From: a virus
Taxonomy: Duplodnaviria; Caudoviricetes
Reading direction: 5' to 3' (one strand)
Virus record (IMG/VR): IMGVR_UViG_3300049892_000014
Location: 1-64,000 of that record
DNA length: 64,000 nt
The notes under the pieces: model-generated
Database searches by the model: none
What the model was told of the DNA's origin: nothing
What the model saw: the letters and a program-made list of their open reading frames with translations, nothing else
Translations under genes and position numbers: made by a program
Shown: piece by piece, positions 9,536 through 19,500 of the stretch
Numbering within the stretch: the stretch's first letter is position 1
Layout of the letters: each line of letters opens with the position of its first letter

Positions 9536-10654
9536 ATGAGATTTCATGTATTGGGGTTATTTCATACACAGACAAGGAAAGAGTTTTCTCCTTGTGCATT
9601 TACACTGAAGGTATTTGGCCTATGTAAGATGCTTACAGATCTAGGTCATGAAGTTATTCACTACGGCACGGAGGGATCTAATCCACCTTGCACTGAACAG
9701 GTTGATGTTCTTGATTATGAAACGTATTTTCGACTTGAGGGTCACTTAGATTGGAAAAAGCTTGGATTTAATCCGGATACCTCTAAAGAGATATATAGAA
9801 TATGGACAGATAACTGTATTAAAGAACTAAGAAAGAGAATGCAACCACGAGACTTCCTGTTGTGTACCTTTGGATTAGCGAATGTTGAGCAAGCTCAAGC
9901 GTGTCCCGAAGCTATTATAGTAGAAAGCGGTATAGGATATCCAGCCGGTTTCGCCAACTTTCAAGTTTTTGAGAGTTATGCTTGGCGGAATATTTATTAC
10001 GGTGGAGATGAGCGCAGGAATACACCGAGGTGCTACGACACAGTGATCCCCAATTATCTGGATATGAAAGACTATCCATATGTTGAGGAGAAGAAAGACT
10101 ATGCAATCTTTCTTGGTCGACCAATACCTAAAAAGGGTTCAAATGTGGCCAGTGATGCTTGTAAGGCTGCTGGTGTTCCTCTTTATGTTGCTGGGCAGGG
10201 CGGGTTGCTAGATGGAGTAGAGGCCACATATCTAGGTGTGCTTAATGTAGAAGAACGTGGTAAGTGGGTTAGCGAAGCTAAGTGTTTAATCTGCCCAACG
10301 TACTACGTCGAACCGTTTGGAACTGTTACTATTGAAGCTATGGCGATGGGGACACCGGTGATCTCTACGGACTTCGGAGTGTTCAACGAGAATGTTATCC
10401 ATGGAGTTACTGGATACAGATGCAGGATTCTTAAAGAATTTGTATGGGCCTTAAAGAACATACAAAATATTAAGCCGATTAATTGTAGGACGTTTGCAGA
10501 AAGAAACTTTAGCATGGAAAGAGTTGGTAAGATGTACGAAGACTATTTCTACATGCTACAAGAATTACACCAAGATGGCAGCAAGGGATTTTATACGTTA
10601 GATCCACCGGCTCAAAACTTAGATGGTATATATAAATACTACCCAGGAGAATAG
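9536..10654 (+). CDS. GT-B (GT4-like) glycosyltransferase
   Basis: FLGRPIPKKG and EPFGTVTIEAMAMGTPVI motifs. Confidence 0.9.
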   Translation: MRFHVLGLFHTQTRKEFSPCAFTLKVFGLCKMLTDLGHEVIHYGTEGSNPPCTEQVDVLDYETYFRLEGHLDWKKLGFNPDTSKEIYRIWTDNCIKELRKRMQPRDFLLCTFGLANVEQAQACPEAIIVESGIGYPAGFANFQVFESYAWRNIYYGGDERRNTPRCYDTVIPNYLDMKDYPYVEEKKDYAIFLGRPIPKKGSNVASDACKAAGVPLYVAGQGGLLDGVEATYLGVLNVEERGKWVSEAKCLICPTYYVEPFGTVTIEAMAMGTPVISTDFGVFNENVIHGVTGYRCRILKEFVWALKNIQNIKPINCRTFAERNFSMERVGKMYEDYFYMLQELHQDGSKGFYTLDPPAQNLDGIYKYYPGE

Positions 10655-10656
10655 TT

Positions 10657-11034
10657 ATGAAGAGATTCTTAATAGTGATTAGCTTATTAATATCTTGCGC
10701 TGTACCTTTAATAGCGGGAGATGTCAACCTAGCTTGGGATGCATCAGTGTCTGCTGGAGTTACTAATTATAGAGTGTATGTTGGACCGGCATCCGGAACG
10801 TTCAATCAAAGTTTTACCATTGGTAATATCCTGACTTATAGAGTGGTAAATCTTACTCCAGGGACGTACTACTTTGCGGTTACCGCTATTGATGCGCAGG
10901 CAAATGAGAGTGCTTTTAGTAATATAGTATCTACTACAGTGGGAGGTCCGCCAGCTGCGCCAGGCAACTTTCGACTTCCTCCAGTGGTTATTTCGGGGAC
11001 CAATCCGCCTCCTAAAGTGGTTGTTACACCTTAG
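10657..11034 (+). CDS. Secreted fibronectin type III domain protein
   Basis: Signal peptide MKRFLIVISLLISCAVPLIA; LAWDAS...YRVY...NLTPGTYYFAVTA...ESAFSN FN3 pattern. Confidence 0.85.
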   Translation: MKRFLIVISLLISCAVPLIAGDVNLAWDASVSAGVTNYRVYVGPASGTFNQSFTIGNILTYRVVNLTPGTYYFAVTAIDAQANESAFSNIVSTTVGGPPAAPGNFRLPPVVISGTNPPPKVVVTP

Positions 11035-11085
11035 CGAGTACGGCAACGTTCCGCATTTATACATCGAAGGATGATGGAGGTAGTT

Positions 11086-11481
11086 ATGGCTGGTGAATTA
11101 GGTAATTTTGCCGGAGGCTTTGCGGCTGCTAGAGATGCTAGGAAACAGCGTCAGTCGGCAGATGCGAATACTTCTATGTTGAAGAGTTTAATCTCGGGTA
11201 AGCCTGCAAGTGGCGGCGGCGCTACTCCAGAAGCAGCCACGCCAGTTATTACTGGAGGCGCTACTGGCACTGGAGCCACACCTGCTAAGCCTACATTCAC
11301 AGATAGACTTAAGAAGGGCTTAGCGAAGGCTGGTAAGAGTATTATGGGATTTGAAAAAGGAGGCCAGGTTACCAGAACTGGCGTGGCCCTAGTGCATAAG
11401 GGGGAGCATATTATTCCCGCTGGTCAGAGTGTTGAGCGTAAAGCTATCCGAAAGTCTACACGTAGATCCGGAAGACGGTAA
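11086..11481 (+). CDS. Putative internal virion protein
   Basis: N-terminal LGNFAGGFAAAR; C-terminal FEKGGQVTRTGVALVHKGEHIIP resembles motifs of tape-measure/ejection proteins. Confidence 0.5.
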   Translation: MAGELGNFAGGFAAARDARKQRQSADANTSMLKSLISGKPASGGGATPEAATPVITGGATGTGATPAKPTFTDRLKKGLAKAGKSIMGFEKGGQVTRTGVALVHKGEHIIPAGQSVERKAIRKSTRRSGRR

Positions 11482-11490
11482 GGAGGAAGT

Positions 11491-13476
11491 ATGGGTTGGT
11501 TTAATGGACTTGGTAATTTTCTTGGTGGATACGCCCAGGCTCGAAGACAGAAGCAGTTAGATAAGGCTGGCCAGCATCAGGATATGATGAACCAGGCTAT
11601 GCAATGGGCAAATATCGCAGATAGGGCTAGCGGTCCTGGTGGAGACGCTATCCGTGAGATGGCTACCAAGAATATGCAAGACATGATCGTTCAGTATGAA
11701 AAGGATGCTGGAGAAAAGAACGGTCTGGGATCTATTATTAAACTCTTTAGCGGTGGGAAGTCTGATAAGAATGCTCCTGCTATGCTAAGTAAAATTGCTC
11801 CACTTCTTTCCCAAAGACCAGAACCTCAAATGGCTACACCTCAAGGATTGCAGGATAATACTCCACGCCAATGGACAGATGAAGAGATGAATATGACATC
11901 TCTTCCTAATCCGTCAGAGCAGCCGGTTGGAGAAGAGGCTATGAGGCAGCAAGCAGGACAACGGGTACCACAGCCGCCAGCTCCCGCTGGTCCTGATTTT
12001 AATACTGTATCAGAACAGGCTAAAGCCGCTTCAGAAGCTCCTGCTGTTAGCGGGATTAATGCGCCAGCTGATGCTTATGCTGGTAATAGGGGTGCTGTAG
12101 AAAGATTCCAGAAGATAGCCCAAAATATAGCTCCAGGTAAGAGTGTGTTCGCTCCTCAGTACGCCGGTGGAACTAGATACTCTCCAACGTATGCTGAAAT
12201 TCAGTCCAATGAACTGGAAGCCAAAAAGAAAGAGTATGCACTTAAGAGTGAAGAGGATAGAAAGAACGAAGAGATCATAGCTACCAATAAAGAGAAGAGG
12301 GTGCAAACAGAACGTGAACGCCGCAATAAAGCTATTGATGAGAGTAATATGGACCCACGTCTTAAGGAACGGGCGAAGCTCCAGGTAAATGCAGAACTAG
12401 CTTCGTACCCAACCTTTACTCCAGAAGATAGAGAGGTAGTTGGAGAGCCAAAGGTTAAGAACGGACAGATCTATAATACCACAAGAAACGGGGATGAGAT
12501 ACTCTATACCCAAGCGTGGAAAGCTGCAAATCCAACAGCCGGTATATTTTTTGATCTACAACCAGCTGACAAGAAAGATATCAATGCCGCTTTATCTGAA
12601 GCCGCTGGATATGAACGCTCTAAACAGAAACTGGCGCTCAGAACTGGTGAGGCTCAAATTGCCAGGTTCAAAAATATGAGTCAAAATGAACTCAAGCAAA
12701 TTCTAACGCAGGGTCGATTGATCATGAAGGATGGTCGAGCGTCTGCGCAGAGGATGCTTGATAACGTCAACTCTCAGTGGAACGCTCACGTTAAGACTAT
12801 TATGCCGCCTATTGGTATTAGCGCCGAAGAGTTTGTGACCGGTAAAAGAAATGGTGTACCTTCTCCACGTGTTAAAGAAGGCATGAAAGATGAGACTGGT
12901 AAAACATTTGATACAATGCAGGAATATGAGGACTGGTGGAAGTCTAAACAATTACCAGTGCCAATAGATCAGATCAGGCAGTTTATTGTCGATGGAGTTA
13001 TGGATGACATGCAATTCGCTGGGAATATGCTGAGCGGACAACCAATGAGTGAAGCCTTTACAAATTCTAGAAAGGACAAACCTTCTGGTCCATCTACTCC
13101 TACCCCAACACCGACACCTGCGCCGACTCCAGCGCCTGCTCCGACACCGACTCCAGCGCCGGAACCTGTTCAGAAACCAAAACCGGCAAAACTGCAACCG
13201 CCGCCATCGTCAACTGGTCCGAGTAATCTTAGTGATAAGATGAATCAGTCCAGTATTATGCGTAGCATAGACCAGGCTGGAAAGAATATTGTCGACGCCC
13301 CTTTCAGAGCCTTCTCTAGTCTGAACCCGTTTAAAAAGAATGAACCCAAGGAGAAGGGTAAGAATAAATCAGAAACTAAGAAGGCGGAAACTAAGAAATC
13401 CGATGAACCAAAAAAGAAACCAGAGGCAGCTAAAAAGTCTCAGTCCAAGGCAAAGGAATTGATGGACGAAATCTAG
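11491..13476 (+). CDS. Putative DNA ejection protein (661 aa)
   Basis: Helical, low-complexity; N-terminal LGNFLGGYAQAR; Pro-Thr/Pro-Ala linker; AAGGAGG SD. Confidence 0.55.
   Translation: MGWFNGLGNFLGGYAQARRQKQLDKAGQHQDMMNQAMQWANIADRASGPGGDAIREMATKNMQDMIVQYEKDAGEKNGLGSIIKLFSGGKSDKNAPAMLSKIAPLLSQRPEPQMATPQGLQDNTPRQWTDEEMNMTSLPNPSEQPVGEEAMRQQAGQRVPQPPAPAGPDFNTVSEQAKAASEAPAVSGINAPADAYAGNRGAVERFQKIAQNIAPGKSVFAPQYAGGTRYSPTYAEIQSNELEAKKKEYALKSEEDRKNEEIIATNKEKRVQTERERRNKAIDESNMDPRLKERAKLQVNAELASYPTFTPEDREVVGEPKVKNGQIYNTTRNGDEILYTQAWKAANPTAGIFFDLQPADKKDINAALSEAAGYERSKQKLALRTGEAQIARFKNMSQNELKQILTQGRLIMKDGRASAQRMLDNVNSQWNAHVKTIMPPIGISAEEFVTGKRNGVPSPRVKEGMKDETGKTFDTMQEYEDWWKSKQLPVPIDQIRQFIVDGVMDDMQFAGNMLSGQPMSEAFTNSRKDKPSGPSTPTPTPTPAPTPAPAPTPTPAPEPVQKPKPAKLQPPPSSTGPSNLSDKMNQSSIMRSIDQAGKNIVDAPFRAFSSLNPFKKNEPKEKGKNKSETKKAETKKSDEPKKKPEAAKKSQSKAKELMDEI
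13093..13168 (+). repeat. Coding (Thr/Ala-Pro)n low-complexity repeat
   Basis: Encodes TPTPTPTPAPTPAPAPTPTPAPEP. Confidence 0.85.
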
Positions 13477-13523
13477 ACTAGGCATGATATACTTAATGGT
13501 ATCAATATTAAAGCGGTGAGACG

Positions 13524-16500
13524 ATGCCCGAATGGAATGATCTTAAGTCAGCTTTGAAGGATTATAATTTTCACGATTTATCCCTCGACGCTAAGCGTAG
13601 TGAGTTTAGAAAATATCCTGATTATCAGGATATGCTAGATGAAGATATTGACAAAGTCCTTGGCAAAGCTTGGAATAAATACTACGTTCCTAAAGAAAAA
13701 AGACAACCAGAAGTAAAACTGCCTAAGATAGATATACCTACGCAGGACCAAGAATTACCCAAACCAACCGAGTTACAGGTTGACAAGCCTATCTACGTAG
13801 CTCCTAAATCACCAGATATAAAACCTCCGGCTGCAACGTTAAAAGAACTATATCAAAATCCTGCTTTCCATAGGCAATCTGTGGAAGAAAAACGCAGACA
13901 ATCCTCCCTAGTCGATTCACGTTTTGGAGAATTAGATTCTGCCGGACAGGATCAAGTCTTAAGCAAGGCGTGGAATAAGTACGCCAAGCAATTACCAGCA
14001 CCTCCATCTACACAGTTTGCGCAGACACAGGCACCGCCTGATGAGTCGTCTATTCCACATGAATTCTGGGAAGGTATGAAGCAGGGGACGCAGCAATCCA
14101 TTCAAGCTGGAGGAGGGTTGCTGCAATGGGTAGGACATTTAGCAGGAGTTGATACAGTAAACGAATGGGGTAAGGATATAGAGGATTGGGGTACAAAAAG
14201 TATACAGGTAGACTTGCCGCCAGAAGAAGTAGCTGGCAGTCTATTAGATAAACCTTGGCTACTTACATCTCCGAGATGGTGGTCCAGGGGGGCTGGTTCT
14301 ATTATCCCATACGCCACAATCTTTGCTACCATGGCAGCTGGATCAACCGCTATTGCAACTGCTGCGCTACCAGCTACAGCAACGGCTGGAACAATCGCAG
14401 CTACAGCGGCTGGTATTAATGCTGTTATTAACTCTGTCTTTATCGGAGCATCTCAATATGTAGACGAGAAACAAGCTGGCAGAACAGACGAGGAAGCTAG
14501 TAAGAGTGCAGCCTGGGCTTCTACCGTTGATCTGCCGTGGACTTTCATTACTACAAGGATGGGTATCTTTGGTAATAAAGAAGCCTCTGGATTCCTAAAG
14601 AACGCCTTCAAGAGTATGGTATCAGAAGGCGTACAGGAAGGCGGAGAGCAGGTCATTCAGAATGCTTCCAGTAAGTTCACTGGCGGGAAAAAAGAATTAT
14701 CCGAAGGAGTATTAGAAGCCACTATACAGGGCGGAGTAATGGGTCCAGTAATAGGCAAAGCTGTAGATATGGTTATGCCTCGTTCGTCTAATACCGAGAC
14801 ATTAAAAACACAAGACGTACAAGTTCGAGCGGCATTACGTAAGAAACGATGGGGCGTGATTTTTACTGACCCCAATATTACACCAGAATCTATTAAGGGT
14901 CTCTCAAGATTCGATTACGTTATGAAGAACGTAAACGATGAAACCGGAGAGGTGACCGAAGATCCAGCTGTATTCTTCTATAACCCAGACATGATCACCC
15001 CAGATGATATCAAGCAGTCTATTGATACCAATAATCTTGGAAGGCTTGGGTATGTAGAGCCGAAGAGTAAAGATACAACTCACGTTGTTAGCGTTGTTAC
15101 GAAGAATGGAGATGAGGTGATCTCCGCCGCCGTGAGTGAGCCGAACATTCCAAAACAAAAGGAATTGTTTCAGGAAGCGTTTCCAGAAAATGATGAAGAG
15201 CTAAAAGACTCTGTGATTATCTCAGGACCAGCTGAAGAGATACTCCCGCACATTGAGGGACAGAGAAATAATCCTAGCGTTGATAATATTATAGCTACTA
15301 AAGATAAGATTGATAGTATTATTAGCGGGAAAACCGAAGCTCCAGCTGGAGTTACTATTGAGAAGAATAGTCCCGCTCCTCCTATAGTTGTAGCTACTGA
15401 GTTAGAAGCTCCAGCCTTTGTCCCAGAAGTCATAGAAGAACCAATACAAAAAACAGATACCGATTTACCTGTAGGTGAAAAGAATAAAGTTTCTCCGGAG
15501 GTAACTAAGGAAAATGCCACCCAGCCAGAGACTGCGGCTGATGAGATTAATAGACTCAAAGAAGAAAATGCTAAGATTAAAGCTGATATTGCATCCGCTA
15601 AGTCTAAAAAGAAAGCTGTCAAAGAAGTTGTTAAACCAGTTTCCGAAGCTCCTAGTCTTCCACCCCCACCTCCGGCGACTGAGATTGCAGACAAATCTAA
15701 GGCAGATCTAGAGGAACAGTATCGCCAGGCGCTAGAAGACAATGCTAGACTAAAAGCGCAGCAAGTTGCTAAAGAGCAGATACAAGACCAGGAGGAGGAA
15801 GCTCAGGCTCCACCACCTACACTTGAAGCCCCACCACCTACTCCGACGATTATACAAGACGCTGAGGCGGCTTTAAGAGAGCAGTATGAGAAAGCTTTAG
15901 CTGAGAATAAAGCCTTGAAAGAGGAGAAGTCTGAAGCGGTAGAATCTAAGACTACCAAAACTGGTCAGAAAACTCAAGAGATAATAGATAGAGAAATTAA
16001 ATTTCTAGATGCTATGCCAGTAGGCTCTATAGCAAAACTGAAAGACGGCACTGAGTTATTCAGAGTACAGAAGGGCTGGAAGAAGCACGATAAGCATGGA
16101 AAGCAATCTGGGGCAACTATCCACACTAAGACCCTGGTAACTAAATATGAGTTCGATTCTGATGTTTACAACCATCTATTAGAAGTAGGAAAGCGATTCG
16201 CTCGCCTTCCGATGAACCAGATAGCAACTGGAGAACTGGCTCCGGCTATAGCAGCTGAAACTCCCAAGCCTCGTCGGGGTCGCCCTGTTATGCCAGAGAT
16301 TATTGAGGTTGGCGCTGATCAGGTCGCAAATGAATTAGAAGATCCAAATGCTAGTCCATTAGATAAGATTACTCTAATAGAGGATATTGCCGATGGAACT
16401 GTTCATGTTCAATCTGAGTTTGATGAAGATCCATTTCAAGTAACTCCACTAGAGCAGGCTCCAGCAGATCCCAATTTTAAACCTCCTACTCCTATAAGTG

Positions 16501-19500
16501 AAGTTGCTACAGTGCCAACTAAGACCGTGAAGGGTTGGAAGAAAAAGAAGAAGATAGCACCCCCTCCAATAACACCACCTCTTAATATACTACCCCCAGA
16601 ACAAGTAGTTACTGCTGTGCCATTACAAGCCCAAACTGTCGACCAGCCTCATCCACAAGCTTTAACTGAAGATGATTACAAGCAGTCTGTATCCAGTATT
16701 CAGGCAGCGTTTGAGCAGTTGGCAGATCTGGAATCTGAAATGATTCGTCGGCGTGGAGAAGATCAAACGGGATTATTTAAAGGTGAAAGTAATAGGCGTG
16801 GTCAATTTGGGGCCGTTCCTTCTCAGGATTTATCAGCCGTTAAACTTCGACTGTTAAAGGCTATTGATAAATTAGATCATACTATTAAATTATATGAAGA
16901 GTCTCATCCTGAGACCTCTCCCTTTCAAGCACCAGCCGCCGCTGTTCAGGAGTCTGCGCAGCCTGAAGTGGTTATTAACGACAATTCGCCTGGAAGATTA
17001 TTAGCGGGAGAAGAAAGAAAAAGTATTTCTGAGAAGTTGAAGGCTGGTCCATTAGCGGAACAAGCGGTAGGCACTACTCTTATGGGAGAGTTATCCAGTG
17101 GTCGGCAAATGTCTACTGGTGAATTCTTAGTTGACGGCAGAACATTTAGGGTAGACTTTACGCACGATAGAGATAATCCTAAAGGCAATCAGAGTATAAG
17201 GTATATCTATGAGGTTGGGAAAAATGGACTTCAACCTCCGCCAAGCGAGGGCTTTACTCAGCAGGTAGTTAATGAGCCAGCTCAGGAAATCAGAGATAAT
17301 ATGCAGAAAGACTTGCAGAATCTCGTAGAGGAATATCACGCATCTGGAGATATGGTTTCCAAGGTTACGTTAATCAATCGTATTATAGATGAATCCAACC
17401 AGGCTGGAAGTGGAAAAGCGAGGCTGGAAAACTTTATATTATCGTTAGAGGAAAGCGTAGACACTCCTGAGAAGTTGCAAGCTCTTGAAAGCGAACTAGA
17501 GCAGATACTTGGTCCAGTAGAATCAGTTGAGTCTATCATGGATAAAATGCAAGAGCAAGCATCTGATCCTGATATTAAACCTCAGATGATGTTCCAGTTT
17601 GGAGGTAAGGCACAAACACATCCACAGCAGGTTGTTGGTGGACGTGAGTTTGGAGTCGTTGATCCTAAGACTAACAAACTTCTTGGTATGAGAGCGATCA
17701 CAATTAAGCTAGCTAGATCCTTAGACATACCAGTTAGATTTAAGATTAAAGATAAGCATGTCAATAATGACACTGGAATAGCTGGTCTATTTCACCCGCT
17801 ACATGAGACCATTCATCTGAACATAGACAAGGTGTCTAAGCATAACAAGAAATTATTAGATCCCGCAGCTAGACAGAGTGAAATATTTGTCATGGCTCAT
17901 GAGGTTGGTCATTACATAGATTTAGTATTATTAAAAGATGGGAAGGCTAAGAATATAAATGGGACAGTAGTTCTTCCAGCTGCTGCTGAGGCTGAGATTA
18001 ACGCCCTAGGCGGTAGGTCTCTACAACAAAGCGGACAGGATCTAGCATTAGTTCCACCTGAAACAATTCGAGCGGAAGGAATTGCTGAATTCGTTAGACT
18101 TTATCTGACCGAAAGTAGAACGCAGCTTCAGCAAACGGCTGGGAATTTCTTTAAAATCTTAGAAGGTGAATTATCTAAATATCCAGCGATTAACGATTCC
18201 CTAGAAGAGGCTACTAACGATATAAGGAATTACAATACTAGCGACAACACTGCCAGGCTTGGAGCTAGAATTATGTACGCAGATGAAATGGATGAGATGC
18301 ATAAACCGTCTAATAAGGATAGGTTGTCTTATGCATTTCTAGCTATGCGTAAAATGTTTGAGACCAGGTTGATTGGTATACATGAGTCTATAGATAGGAT
18401 GATTAAATTAGATCCTGGACAGGAAGAGAAGTATCAACACTTACATAGACTATATTTCAATGAACGTGGTAAGGTAGAAGAGCAAACCATGTATTCTATC
18501 GTGAAGCAGATGATTGATCTAGAAGGTAATCCTATTCCAGGAGTTAAGCCTCTAGTTCAAATACTTAAGCAAGTTGATAATATGAAAGAGTTTGATAAGT
18601 ATCTTCTCGCTATTAACTTGAGAGATGTTGAGAGACAGAGAATTAGCAAAGCAAACAAGAAGCTTCCCCTTAAAGATACCGGAGTTCCTGTCGAGGAATA
18701 TATGTCCGAGATCGCACGTGGTCAAGCTAAGTATGGACAGTTAGCTGACGAACTTGGGAAGTGGGCAAATGCTCACTTGCACCTACTTGTTGACGCTGGA
18801 AATATTAGCCAAAAATCGTATAACAAAATCACAGCTTCCAGGTTGACGTATGCTCCATTATGGAGAGTTGTGGAAACCATGGGCAAGGTTAAGTCTAGTC
18901 GGGGCGGGGGAACTGGTTTTGTGAATCTAAAAGTTGGACCGCAATATACAAAGGGCGGAGGCGGAGACGCTGCGTTTCATAGTCCGATTGAATCTCTTGT
19001 GAAGAATATGATTCTATATAGAACTCTTGCTAGAAAGAACTATATACAAGATAAGTTCTTTAGAGCTACGGATGATTTACAGGGCGGAGGTAGAATAGCC
19101 GAGCAATGGAAGGGCGATATTAAGATCACTAAAATACCAGACTCTATGATTGCGGAGAAGTTGGAATCTTTTAATATTGATGCAGATGTATTAAGAGAAG
19201 AAGCGGCTGAACAAATGAGCGCAGAGACTGGTAAAGACGTAGATCCAGATACTATAGATTTTGGTATACAGTTATATAAGACTTTAAACAATGCCAACCC
19301 AGCAGATATGACAGTTGTCCATCTGCGTAAGGGTGAGCCTATTCTTTATAAGCTAGAAGATCCAGAATTGTATAATGCTCTTACTATTTCTGATAGTAGG
19401 TTAAATGCATTTGATAAGAATATCCTTGGTAAGATAATGCGTAAACAGGCTGAGATACTAAGGGCTGGAGCTATCTACGATGTACGCTTTGCCTTAAGAA

